A stretch of 64,000 nucleotides of DNA from Campylobacter sp. MIT 12-8780 (GTDB taxonomy: Bacteria > Campylobacterota > Campylobacteria > Campylobacterales > Campylobacteraceae): positions 129,597 through 193,596 of the forward strand of contig NZ_QHLL01000001.1 in the NCBI RefSeq assembly GCF_006864535.1, written 5' to 3'. Under the pieces are notes generated by a model. It searched no databases and was not told where the DNA came from. It worked only from the letters and a program-made list of their open reading frames with translations. The first letter of the stretch is position 1, and the number at the start of each line of letters is the position of its first letter. Below are positions 29,497 to 38,790 of this stretch, one piece after another. The position numbers and the translations under genes are program-made.

Positions 29497-29590
29497 TTAT
29501 ATTTCCTTTATTTTTAAGAACTTTTTGCTTTATTATATCTTTTTTTGTGTTTAAAAGAGTTTAAAAATGCTTTAAAAAGCTTGATTTTCA

Positions 29591-30226
29591 TCATCTTAAA
29601 TACGCATCAAGTTCTTTGATAAGTGCTTGTAATTCATGCTGTTTGCTTTTTTCTTTATTTTTAAGCTCAAGCATTTTAAAGCATAATTTTGCGGCTAAAT
29701 TTTTTTGCTCATTAAGCTGAGTTAAAAGCATATTACCTTTATACCTAAGCTCTTCTTGAAGCTTTGTTTCAAGATCGTTAAATCCTTGCGTAAAATTATC
29801 TATAAGTTCATTTAAAGCTTGTTCAAGTTGAGCCCTATTTTGAGTGAGCTTATTATATATTGTATTGATTTTTGAAAAAGTAAGTTCGCGTTTATCTAAA
29901 ACTCCATTTAAAATTTGTTTGATCTGCTTTAAAAAATGCTCGCTTTGATTTTGCAAAAACTGCATTTGCTCTTTGCATTCAAAAAAGTCAAATTCATACT
30001 CTTTATTTTCTTGAGCTTCAAAGCTTGAAGATGAAGCAATAAAGATATTTTTATGTTTAAAACTTATACCAAGTTTTTGCATCAATTCCTTTGCCTGAGG
30101 GCTGATTTTAAGATGATTTAAATGATGATAATAGGCACTAAAAAGCAAATCTTTTTCGTAAAATGAAAGCTCTAAATTATCAATTTTTTCTAAATTTTCA
30201 TTGAATTTATCGACAAAATGAGCCAA
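29591..30226 (-). CDS. hypothetical coiled-coil protein
   Basis: 211 aa, helical with heptad-rich sequence. Translationally adjacent to the upstream 326-aa gene, with a 1-nt gap. Confidence 0.5.
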   Translation of the reverse strand: MAHFVDKFNENLEKIDNLELSFYEKDLLFSAYYHHLNHLKISPQAKELMQKLGISFKHKNIFIASSSSFEAQENKEYEFDFFECKEQMQFLQNQSEHFLKQIKQILNGVLDKRELTFSKINTIYNKLTQNRAQLEQALNELIDNFTQGFNDLETKLQEELRYKGNMLLTQLNEQKNLAAKLCFKMLELKNKEKSKQHELQALIKELDAYLR

Positions 30227-30227
30227 A

Positions 30228-31208
30228 TCAAGCCTTGTTAAAACTCATCATTTTTGCAAGATAATCATCAAATATTTTGATATTTTCTCTCATTTTTGGT
30301 AAGGCATTGAGCTTGTATTCTTGAGTGCTTTTTAAAGCCTCTAAAACATCATCAAAAGCGACTTTGAGCTTATCCATATCAAGCACTGCCTCGCTTGCTC
30401 CTTCTTGTATAGCTTTAGCTTGCTCTTTAAGCTCCTTTGCATTGTGCGCGATTAGATCACTTGTTTGTTCATTTATACCTTGCACAGCCTCTAAAACGCG
30501 TTTTTGTTGCTCTAAACCTTGAGAAGTGATGATGGCTACGCTTAAGGCATTAAGTGTTACAGCCTTTGTTCTTTCAACAGCATTGATAAGTTCTTTATTA
30601 TTATTTATCAGCGTTTTTATCGCAAGCTCGCCTTGAGTATGCACAGCAATTTGCTGGCTTAAATCTATGATTTTTTGTTTCAAAATAAACAAAATTTGTT
30701 TTTCAAATTCTGTTTTTAATTCATTTTCAAGCTCTAAAAGCTTGTTTTGGGCATACACATCAGCTTCTTTTACAAGGGCAAGTTTTTCTTGCAAAAGCTT
30801 GCTTAAATCTGCATTTTTTTGTGCTTCAAGTTCAAGAGCGATATTATCTCTTAAAAGAATTTGTTTTCCTTCTTCAAGCTTGTTTAAAAGCTGATCTAAA
30901 AAGCTTTTATTTGAGTTAAATTTTTCAAAATACCTTTTAAATTTTTGACTTTGTTTGCCAAAAATTTTATCAAAAAAAGAAAGCTTAAAATTATGTGGAT
31001 TGATAGCATCGATATTTTCTTTAATCTTACTTAGTGCATCAAAGATAAAGCTATCGCTTTGCTCAAAATGCGCTACATTGCCCTTGATATTTTCACAAAG
31101 TGCGTTTGAAAGCCTTTTTTCTTCTTGATCAAACTCATCGATAATATCTCGAGTAAGCTTTTTTTCATTAAGTGCTGTATCAAGGCTTTGTATAAGGGCA
31201 TTTGACAT
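30228..31208 (-). CDS. hypothetical coiled-coil protein, possibly of the TelA (toxic-anion-resistance) family
   Basis: 326 aa, all-helical, with long heptad regions. The TelA-like call is only a guess from overall architecture. Confidence 0.5.
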   Translation of the reverse strand: MSNALIQSLDTALNEKKLTRDIIDEFDQEEKRLSNALCENIKGNVAHFEQSDSFIFDALSKIKENIDAINPHNFKLSFFDKIFGKQSQKFKRYFEKFNSNKSFLDQLLNKLEEGKQILLRDNIALELEAQKNADLSKLLQEKLALVKEADVYAQNKLLELENELKTEFEKQILFILKQKIIDLSQQIAVHTQGELAIKTLINNNKELINAVERTKAVTLNALSVAIITSQGLEQQKRVLEAVQGINEQTSDLIAHNAKELKEQAKAIQEGASEAVLDMDKLKVAFDDVLEALKSTQEYKLNALPKMRENIKIFDDYLAKMMSFNKA

Positions 31209-31303
31209 TTTTTTCCTTTTTTTGACTTGAATTGTAACATAAATTTGATTTTAAAAAAATAAATGTTATAATTTTGCAATTTTTTAAATTTTAAGGATAT
31301 AAA

Positions 31304-32698
31304 ATGCTTACCTTGATCTCATCTATACTTGGCTTTTTTGTTATTTTACTTGCTTTAATCGTCTTTATAGCTATGCTTTTTAGACGCGTAGTAGCGACAA
31401 ATGAAGTGCATATTATCCAATCAGCCAAAAGTACAACTTCTTATGGTAAGGATACTGGAAATGGCAATACTTACTATGAATGGCCTTCTTGGATGCCTAT
31501 TTTTGGGGTCACTAAGATCGTTTTACCTGTTTCTGTTTTTGATATTAATCTAAATGGTTATGAGGCATATGACAAGGGCAGAGTGCCTTTTATCGTGGAT
31601 ATTACTGCTTTCTTTCGCATTAAGGATTCAAATGTTGCTGCTCAAAGAGTAAGTAGCTTTGATGAGCTTATAGAACAACTTCGTGCCATCATTCAAGGTT
31701 CAGTTAGAACCATACTTTCTTCTCATGAAATTGAAGATATTATGCACTCAAGAAGCACTTTTGGAGATAGTTTTACTAAAGAAGTAAGAGAGCAGCTTGC
31801 AAGCTGGGGTGTTGAAACGGTTAAGAATCTTGAACTTATGGATATAAGAGATAGTCAAGATTCTAGTGTGATCCGCAATATAATGGAAAAGAAAAAGTCT
31901 TTGATAGAAATGCAAAGCCGTGTAGAAGTAGCAGAAAATATCAAAAATGCAGAGATAGCTGAGATCAATGCTGAACAAGCTACCCAAATTCAAGAACAAA
32001 TCGCAAAGCAAGTTGTAGGGCTAAAAACCGTTGAATCTCAAAGAGAAGTTGATATATCCGCTCAAAAAGCGGCCCAACTTGTCAAAGAGCAAGAAAAGGT
32101 TACCAAAGAAAAAGAAATGGAAGTTGTAAAAGTCGCTGATGTTAAGAGAGCTGAGATTACTAAGGATGTTAATGTCGTAAAGGCTGAAGAGATTAAACAA
32201 ACAGCGATTATCAACGCAGAGGGTGATAAGCAAAAAGATATTTTAAAAGCTGAAGCTTTACTTGAGTCTAAAAAAAGAGAAGCCGAGGCTTTACTTGAAA
32301 TGAAAAGCAAGGAGTCAAAGGGTATAGAGCTTGAAGGTGCTGCAAAGGCTCAAAGTGAAAAGCTTATGCAAATGGCGCCGATTGAAGCACAAATTTCTCT
32401 TGCTCAAGAAATAGGAGAAAATCAAGGCTATCAAAACTACCTCATCTCAATCCGCCAAATTGAAGCTTCTCAAGCCATAGGGATTGAACAGGCAAAAGCC
32501 CTTGATAAAGCTGATATTAAAATCATTGCAAATGCAAATAATGGCAATGTCAATGAAGGGCTAAAAAGTGTAAGCGAGTTTTTCTCTGCTAAAGGTGGCA
32601 CACAACTTGGCGCTATGCTTGAAGGGCTTGCACAAAGTGAATTAGGCAAAAATTTACTTGATAAACTCAGTTCAAAAAATAAAAATGAAAAAGCTTGA
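31304..32698 (+). CDS. flotillin-like SPFH/band-7 protein (YqiK/FloA-like)
   Basis: 464 aa. N-terminal transmembrane helix, SPFH domain, long E/A/K-rich coiled coil, and a C-terminal IKIIANANNG-type tail. Confidence 0.8.
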   Translation: MLTLISSILGFFVILLALIVFIAMLFRRVVATNEVHIIQSAKSTTSYGKDTGNGNTYYEWPSWMPIFGVTKIVLPVSVFDINLNGYEAYDKGRVPFIVDITAFFRIKDSNVAAQRVSSFDELIEQLRAIIQGSVRTILSSHEIEDIMHSRSTFGDSFTKEVREQLASWGVETVKNLELMDIRDSQDSSVIRNIMEKKKSLIEMQSRVEVAENIKNAEIAEINAEQATQIQEQIAKQVVGLKTVESQREVDISAQKAAQLVKEQEKVTKEKEMEVVKVADVKRAEITKDVNVVKAEEIKQTAIINAEGDKQKDILKAEALLESKKREAEALLEMKSKESKGIELEGAAKAQSEKLMQMAPIEAQISLAQEIGENQGYQNYLISIRQIEASQAIGIEQAKALDKADIKIIANANNGNVNEGLKSVSEFFSAKGGTQLGAMLEGLAQSELGKNLLDKLSSKNKNEKA

Positions 32699-32722
32699 AT
32701 ATAAGCTTTTTCAAGGCTAAAG

Positions 32723-33496
32723 ATGAATGAGTTTTTGCAAAATGCCCAGCAAAGAAGGGAACAAAGGCGATCTAGAAGAATAGAAAAAGCACGAGATTTT
32801 GGCAAAAGACTTGAAGATTACACCCAAAATTTAGAAAAAAATCTCCAAACTATCCTCGATGAAAAAGAAGTTCAAAAGAAAGCACAAAGCTTTACTAATG
32901 ACACAAACATTCAAGAAACAAATTTTAAACACTCTTTACAAGAAAGAAAAAAGCAACATAAGATAAAAGCTCAAGAGGACTTTATATCTGTGCAAGATCA
33001 GCCAGATTTAAGTAAAAACGACAGCTCTAATGCCTTAAAACAAGAAAAAAATAAGCAAAACACTACAAATTCTCATTTTCCCAATGAACAAAAGCAAGAA
33101 AAAAAAGAGTTTATCCCGCAACCAGAAAAGCAAGATTTCACTCAGCATAATAAAAATGATTTAAACTCACGCAAAGAACAATTTTTCAGCTCTACTCAAA
33201 ACAATACACAAAAAGAGCCAGCAAAACCAAACACTACGCACACACTCTATGAGTATTTTAAGGGTGATAGTGAGTTTGATGAGCTTATCCGCAAAATAGA
33301 AAATTCACAAGAAATAGATTCTTTTCTTTCAGATCAATACAAGCAATTTGAACAAGAACAAAAACAAATTCAAAATCTAATAAATTTAAACAAAAGAAAA
33401 AAGATAAAGAAAACATGGCTTTCTTCGAAAAAAGCAAGTATTCTTGTTTTTATCATGTATTTATTACTTTTGATAGTTTATATTATGATAAATTAG
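32723..33496 (+). CDS. Q/K/N-rich low-complexity protein with C-terminal transmembrane anchor
   Basis: 257 aa. Highly charged and Q/N/K-rich, ending in a hydrophobic helix ([18 protein letters not shown]). Co-directional with the flotillin gene, 24 nt downstream of it. Confidence 0.5.
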   Translation: MNEFLQNAQQRREQRRSRRIEKARDFGKRLEDYTQNLEKNLQTILDEKEVQKKAQSFTNDTNIQETNFKHSLQERKKQHKIKAQEDFISVQDQPDLSKNDSSNALKQEKNKQNTTNSHFPNEQKQEKKEFIPQPEKQDFTQHNKNDLNSRKEQFFSSTQNNTQKEPAKPNTTHTLYEYFKGDSEFDELIRKIENSQEIDSFLSDQYKQFEQEQKQIQNLINLNKRKKIKKTWLSSKKASILVFIMYLLLLIVYIMIN

Positions 33497-33687
33497 CTTT
33501 TTTCTAATTTCTTTCTTAAATTTAAATTTTCTATACACAAGCAAACAAGTACAAACAAAACAAAACCCGGAAGAGCACCCAAAGCAAGATAGATAAAAGA
33601 ATGATGAAAAAGCATAAAAAGATAAAAGGCACCAAAGAGCATTAAAGCTAGACTAGCACCTTTTAAAAATTCATAAATATAGATCAA
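33493..33687 (-). CDS. small hydrophobic membrane protein
   Basis: 64 aa with two transmembrane helices. Its start overlaps the atpB stop, suggesting translational coupling. Confidence 0.35.
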   Translation of the reverse strand: MIYIYEFLKGASLALMLFGAFYLFMLFHHSFIYLALGALPGFVLFVLVCLCIENLNLRKKLEKS

Positions 33688-34364
33688 TGACCTTCCTCAA
33701 CCACGGTTGCACCAGCTAGATATACATAAGTTAAGATCATAAAAATAAAGGCTTGCAAAAACGCCATAAAAGTAAGCAAAACATACGCTGGAAGTGGTGC
33801 AATATAAGGTACAAGAGCAAGTATAACCATCAAAAACAAATCATCACCTTTGATATTACCAAAAAGACGAAAAGATAACGAAATAATACGAGAAAAATGC
33901 GATACTATCTCTATAGGAAACATTAAAGGAGCGATTGCTGGCACAGGACCCATAAAGTGTGCAAAATACTTCAAAAAGCCTTGAGTGCGAATACCTTCAA
34001 AATGATAATACACAAAAACAACTATAGCCAAAGTCGCTGTAAGGTTAAGACTGGCTGATGGTGCGTGAAAGCCTGGTATTATGCCGATGATATTGCTAAA
34101 AAATACGATAAAACCGATAGTGGCTACAAGTGGAAGGTATTTGCGGGCTGCCTTTTCGCTTCCCATAGTATCACGTCCCATGCTTAAAATGCCCTCTAGA
34201 TATGCTTCAGCTAGGTTTTGCGTCCCACGAGGCACAAGTTGCATAGAACGAGTTGCAAATCTTGCCAAAAGCACTGAAATCACGGCTACTAAGGCAAGGT
34301 GAAAGAAATACGAAAAGGTGTGACTTGGATCAAGCAAAGCGCTAAACAAAAACAAATCTTTCAT
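33684..34364 (-). CDS. atpB: F0F1 ATP synthase subunit a
   Basis: 226 aa polytopic protein with the subunit-a signature [14 protein letters not shown] (essential Arg). Confidence 0.85.
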   Translation of the reverse strand: MKDLFLFSALLDPSHTFSYFFHLALVAVISVLLARFATRSMQLVPRGTQNLAEAYLEGILSMGRDTMGSEKAARKYLPLVATIGFIVFFSNIIGIIPGFHAPSASLNLTATLAIVVFVYYHFEGIRTQGFLKYFAHFMGPVPAIAPLMFPIEIVSHFSRIISLSFRLFGNIKGDDLFLMVILALVPYIAPLPAYVLLTFMAFLQAFIFMILTYVYLAGATVVEEGH

Positions 34365-34616
34365 TGATTTTCCTTGATGAAATTTAAACTTTATTGTAAC
34401 ATATTTTTCTTAATTTGTGCGTGCAAAAAGTCATTTTCGTTAATAAAATGTTAAGTCTTTACTTTCAATTCAAAAAAAACTAGAAAAATTTGCAACAACA
34501 AGACTTTTATTTTCATCACATAGCAAATTTGATTTATCAAAAATTTAAACATTTTGTAACCAAAATGTAAATTTTATGCCCTATTTTGATATTAAGCCTA
34601 TGTTTGTGTGTTAGAA

Positions 34617-34626
34617 TGTTTATAAT
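34617..34626 (+). promoter_or_regulatory. extended -10-like element (tgtTTATAAT) upstream of porA copy 1
   Basis: Match 24-33 nt upstream of the ATG. A GGGAG Shine-Dalgarno sits at 34640..34644. Confidence 0.35.
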
Positions 34627-34649
34627 TTTACTTTTTGAAAGGGAGAAAA

Positions 34650-35972
34650 ATGAGTAAAAAAATTATGTTAAGCCTTGTAGGCTGTATGGCGTTAAGTTCT
34701 TTTACGAGCTTGGGTGCGATCTCTTTAGAAGATGCGATTAAAAATGTGGATTTTACAGGTCAGTTAAGATACCGCTATGACACAGGTGCTTGGGATGGGG
34801 CTAATAGAGGCGCTCAAAGTGCTGTGCAAGGTCAAAATGCAAAACAAACCCATAGATTTCGTGCAAGAATAGGTGCAAAAGCTGATATTGGCGATGGCTT
34901 CAAAGTATTTGGACAAACTGAATACGGCAACGACGCAAATGGCGGTTATGGGGCAGGCAACAAAGCCCAAACAGACAGCCCTTTTAAACTTCGTCAAGCA
35001 TATTTGCAATATGACTTAGCTGATTATGGCACTAGCTTCATCTGGGGTAGGCAAGAACTTGGCACCATTTGGACTACAGATATGGTAGGAATGGCTGCAA
35101 AAGCTCTTTATACTGGTATTGATGGCTTAACTTTAGCTGCTTTTGCTGTAGATAGCTTTGATAGGGATCCTGATAGAGCGTTTAAAGACTTAGATGATTA
35201 TACAAGTGATGCTACTACAGCTGATTCTCCTGGCGACTTTGTTTTTAGACAAAACCTCTATGGTGTGGCAGCTATTGGTGCGTATGATTTGGGCGGTGCA
35301 AGCCTTGATACTCAACTTTGGTTAGCCTATCTTAACAAAAGAGCGACTTTTTATGCCCTTGATATAAAATACGGCTTACCTATCGATCAAGACTTAAGCT
35401 GGACTCTGCAAGTAAATTACTTAGGAAACTCTGTTGATTCTGCTTTAAAAGATAGAGTTGAGAGAATGCAACATAAAGTCGCAAATGGAAATTTTGTCCA
35501 ACTTAACGGAATGATTAAAGGTTATGGCTTTGATGGCACACTTGGTGGCTTGATGTATGGTAAAAAAGGCGAGTTTAGTGTAAATTTCATCGAAGATTAC
35601 AGCAGTGCTATTTTACCAGCTGGTAAAGAAATTTTCTATATGAAAGGCTCTAATATCACAAATAGCTTTGGACAAAGCACTTTTGGGTATGCAAAGGTTG
35701 GTTATACTCTTCCATCTGATCTTAGACTTGGCGTTCAATTTATCTATGGTGCAACTGCTGCTGATACTGGCAATGCCACAACTTCTGCTAGTCTAGGTGG
35801 GGGCGATAAAATGGAAGCTGTCGCGGAAGTAAATTATAATTACAACAAAAACCTTAACTTCTTGCTTTGGTATTCATATCTTGATACAAAGGCTGATTTG
35901 CCAGCTAATGCACAAGCTGATTATGATTCTAAAAAGAACACTGTGCGTTTCCAAGCACTTTATAAATTCTAA
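34650..35972 (+). CDS. porA: major outer membrane protein (porin) paralog 1
   Basis: 440 aa from ATG 34650 (MSKKIMLSLVGC..), with signal peptide, the conserved LEDAIKNVDFTGQLRYRYDT motif, and C-terminal ...RFQALYKF. Similar to C. jejuni PorA, recalled from memory. Confidence 0.9.
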   Translation: MSKKIMLSLVGCMALSSFTSLGAISLEDAIKNVDFTGQLRYRYDTGAWDGANRGAQSAVQGQNAKQTHRFRARIGAKADIGDGFKVFGQTEYGNDANGGYGAGNKAQTDSPFKLRQAYLQYDLADYGTSFIWGRQELGTIWTTDMVGMAAKALYTGIDGLTLAAFAVDSFDRDPDRAFKDLDDYTSDATTADSPGDFVFRQNLYGVAAIGAYDLGGASLDTQLWLAYLNKRATFYALDIKYGLPIDQDLSWTLQVNYLGNSVDSALKDRVERMQHKVANGNFVQLNGMIKGYGFDGTLGGLMYGKKGEFSVNFIEDYSSAILPAGKEIFYMKGSNITNSFGQSTFGYAKVGYTLPSDLRLGVQFIYGATAADTGNATTSASLGGGDKMEAVAEVNYNYNKNLNFLLWYSYLDTKADLPANAQADYDSKKNTVRFQALYKF

Positions 35973-35983
35973 TCATGCTTTAC

Positions 35984-36010
35984 AAAGAGGCTTTGTGCCT
36001 CTTTGTGTTA
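35984..36010 (+). terminator. terminator hairpin after porA copy 1 (aaagaggc-tttgt-gcctcttt)
   Basis: 8-bp GC-containing stem 12 nt after the stop. Almost the same hairpin follows porA copy 3. Confidence 0.6.
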
Positions 36011-36069
36011 TTTCAAAAAATAGCTTTATCATCAATATGCAAAGCCAAAGCACAAGCCTTAAAACCCAC

Positions 36070-36432
36070 CTACGCTTTATACGCGATAGCTTCGATCTCT
36101 ACCTTTGCTCCTTTTGGCAAATCCTTTACCGCAAAGGCTGATCGAGCCGGAAATGGAGCTTGAAACTCTTTTTCATACACCTCATTCATTATCGCAAAAT
36201 CACTTATATCACTTAAAAGCACCATAGTTTTTACAACTTGACTTATTTCTAAGCCATTTTCTTTTAAAATCGCTTTTATATTATTTAAAGCTTGCTTTGT
36301 TTGCTCGCCAACACCGCCTTTGACAAGCTCATTTGTTTGTGGATCAAGCCCAAGTTGTCCTGATATAAAGATCAAATCCCCCACTTTTCTAAACGCAGAA
36401 TAAGCACCTACTGCTTTTGGATAAGTTTGCAT
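36070..36432 (-). CDS. ridA: RidA/YjgF family reactive-intermediate deaminase
   Basis: 120 aa with YjgF signatures (AVGAYSAF, GQLGLDP, PARSAFAV). Confidence 0.85.
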   Translation of the reverse strand: MQTYPKAVGAYSAFRKVGDLIFISGQLGLDPQTNELVKGGVGEQTKQALNNIKAILKENGLEISQVVKTMVLLSDISDFAIMNEVYEKEFQAPFPARSAFAVKDLPKGAKVEIEAIAYKA

Positions 36433-36598
36433 GACTGCTCCTTTTTTATAAATTCAAAGTCTTATTTTAACATATCTAAGCTTTAAATTTCTTATCAAAA
36501 ATAAGCCAAAATCACAAAAAAACTCAAATCAAAAGCCTAATTTAAAGCATTTTTTGCTATAATCTCGCCAAAATTTATATAAAATTAAGGTTTTAATA

Positions 36599-37945
36599 AT
36601 GACTTGGACAAAAAATTCATGGAAAAATTATCCCATTAAACAACAGCCCACTTATAGCGATGAAAAGGAGCTCAACGAGGTTTTAGCACGTCTTGAAAAA
36701 CTACCTCCACTTATCTTTGCTGGCGAAGTTCGCAACTTAAAAGCTAAGCTTGAAAAAGTCGCTTTAAAAGAAGCTTTTTTGCTTCAAGGTGGCGATTGTG
36801 CAGAAAGCTTTGCAAACTTTGGAGCTGTAAATATCCGCGATATGTTTAAACTTCTCTTGCAAATGGCGATCGTGCTTACCTTTGCTGGAGGCTGTCCTAT
36901 AGTGAAAATCGCGCGTCTTGCTGGGCAGTTTGCAAAGCCTAGAAGTGCGGACTTTGAAGAGCTTGATGGTGTAAAATTACCAAGCTATAGAGGCGATATT
37001 ATCAATGGTTTTGACTTTAGCAAAGAAGCAAGAGAGCCTGATCCTAAACGTATGATAGAAGCGTATTATCAAAGTGCGACGACTTTAAATTTACTTCGTG
37101 CATTTGCTAAAGGTGGTTTGGCTGATTTGCATGAAGTGCATCGCTGGAATTTAGGCTTTTTGAAAAAGGCTGAACTTGGAAGCAAGTATGATGAGTTGAG
37201 TGAAAAGATCACCCAAGCGCTTGAATTTATGCAAGCTTGTGGGATTACTGCTGCAAATTCGCCAAGCCTAAGAGAAACTTCAGTTTATACTTCTCACGAA
37301 GCCTTGCTTTTGCCTTATGAAGAAGCTTTGACAAGGGTTGATAGCTTAAGTGGTGAAATTTACGATTGTTCAGCTCATATGCTTTGGATAGGAGAGCGAA
37401 CGCGTGGGCTTGATGAGGCGCATATTCATTTTTTAAGCGGAGTGAAAAATCCTTTAGGTGTAAAGATAGGACCAAGTGCAAAAGCCGATGATATCAAGGC
37501 TATAGCACAGGCATTAAATCCTAAAAATGAAGCTGGAAGGCTTAATATCATCATTAGAATGGGCGCAGATAAAATCGCCTCAAATTTACCTCATATCTTT
37601 AAAGAACTGAGCAAAGAAGGCTTAAATATCGTTTATAGCATAGATCCAATGCACGGCAACACCACAAAAGCTGGGAATTTCAAAACACGAGAATTTGATA
37701 AGATTATGCAAGAAGTAAAAATGTTTTTTGAAATTTCAATGAGCGAGGGTATCTACCCAGGCGGCGTTCATCTTGAGATGACTGGACAAGATGTAACCGA
37801 ATGCACCGGTGGGGCAAGCAATGTAACCGCAGAAAGCCTGCAAAATCGCTACGAAACACAATGCGATCCGCGTTTAAATGCCGATCAAGCCCTTGAGCTT
37901 GCCTTTTTAATCGCTGATTTGGTTAAAAAAGCAAGAAAAGCCTAA
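36599..37945 (+). CDS. aroF: class II (plant-type) 3-deoxy-7-phosphoheptulonate (DAHP) synthase
   Basis: 448 aa with the class II DAHP synthase N-terminus (KNSWKNYPIKQQPTYSD) and the GGDCAESF motif. Confidence 0.85.
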   Translation: MTWTKNSWKNYPIKQQPTYSDEKELNEVLARLEKLPPLIFAGEVRNLKAKLEKVALKEAFLLQGGDCAESFANFGAVNIRDMFKLLLQMAIVLTFAGGCPIVKIARLAGQFAKPRSADFEELDGVKLPSYRGDIINGFDFSKEAREPDPKRMIEAYYQSATTLNLLRAFAKGGLADLHEVHRWNLGFLKKAELGSKYDELSEKITQALEFMQACGITAANSPSLRETSVYTSHEALLLPYEEALTRVDSLSGEIYDCSAHMLWIGERTRGLDEAHIHFLSGVKNPLGVKIGPSAKADDIKAIAQALNPKNEAGRLNIIIRMGADKIASNLPHIFKELSKEGLNIVYSIDPMHGNTTKAGNFKTREFDKIMQEVKMFFEISMSEGIYPGGVHLEMTGQDVTECTGGASNVTAESLQNRYETQCDPRLNADQALELAFLIADLVKKARKA

Positions 37946-37953
37946 GGAAATAT

Positions 37954-38286
37954 ATGAAAGTATATGGGATCAAAAACTGCAATAGCGTTAAAAAGGGCTT
38001 AAATTTTTTAAACGAAAAAAACTTTGAGTATGCGTTTTTAGATATCAAAAAGCTTGATGAAAAGACTTTAAAATCGTGGCTTGAAAAGAAAAGTTTTAGC
38101 GAGCTTATCAACACAGCTGGCACCACTGCAAAAAAGCTAGGACTAAATAAAGAAAAGCTTGCAAGTAGTGATGAAAAAACGCTTTTTAAACTCATTCTTG
38201 AAAATCCTAGCCTCATCAAACGCCCAGTGATTGAAAAAGACAATCAACTTTTTATCGGCAAAGAATACGAGCTTATAAGCAAATAG
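37954..38286 (+). CDS. ArsC/Spx-family thioredoxin-fold protein
   Basis: 110 aa with an N-terminal YGIKNC redox cysteine motif. Confidence 0.75.
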   Translation: MKVYGIKNCNSVKKGLNFLNEKNFEYAFLDIKKLDEKTLKSWLEKKSFSELINTAGTTAKKLGLNKEKLASSDEKTLFKLILENPSLIKRPVIEKDNQLFIGKEYELISK

Positions 38287-38388
38287 CTCGTTATTTTTTG
38301 CTGGTAATGGCTTATAAAAGTATTGTTTATCAAGTAAATTAGGCTTTTTACAAAAGCTTTTAGCGATACAAATGAGCTTTTGGATTTG

Positions 38389-38592
38389 TTATTCTATGCT
38401 AAGATTTAGGGTTGCTTTAGAGCCTTTTTGATCCCTTAGCAAGCTTTTATCACTTGCATTTTGCTTTTCATAACGCAAACGCAATTCACCTGAAACCTTT
38501 ACTTCTTTATCTTTAAAAAGCTCATCAAGACTTTGGGCTGATAAATTTGCAAATACTCCTAGCAATGCCAAAGCAAAAATACTCTTTTTCAA
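38389..38592 (-). pseudogene. truncated porin-like gene fragment (signal peptide plus first beta-strand only)
   Basis: 67 aa: MKKSIFALALLGVFANLSAQSLDELFKDKEVKVSGELRLRYEK... This mirrors the MOMP N-terminus (LEDAIKNVDFTGQLRYRYDT) but stops after ~45 mature residues. No continuation appears in any frame. Confidence 0.45.
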
Positions 38593-38749
38593 AACTTTTT
38601 CCTTGTTTATTTATCTTTATCAATGATAACATTTTTCGCTAAATAAGATAAAATATAAGTGAATGAAAATGAAACAAATCGCTTTGTATCTTATAATAAT
38701 GATGATTTAAAAATTTAACTTGAGCTATTTTGTGATGAAAATTTAAAAG

Positions 38750-38782
38750 CTCTTGCTCCAAAAAGGAGCAAGAAAAGCTATC
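38750..38782 (-). terminator. terminator hairpin after porA copy 2 (cttgctcc-ttttt-ggagcaag + U-run on the minus strand)
   Basis: 8-bp stem, then AGCTTTTAAATTTT on the minus strand. Confidence 0.6.
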
Positions 38783-38790
38783 AAGCAAGC

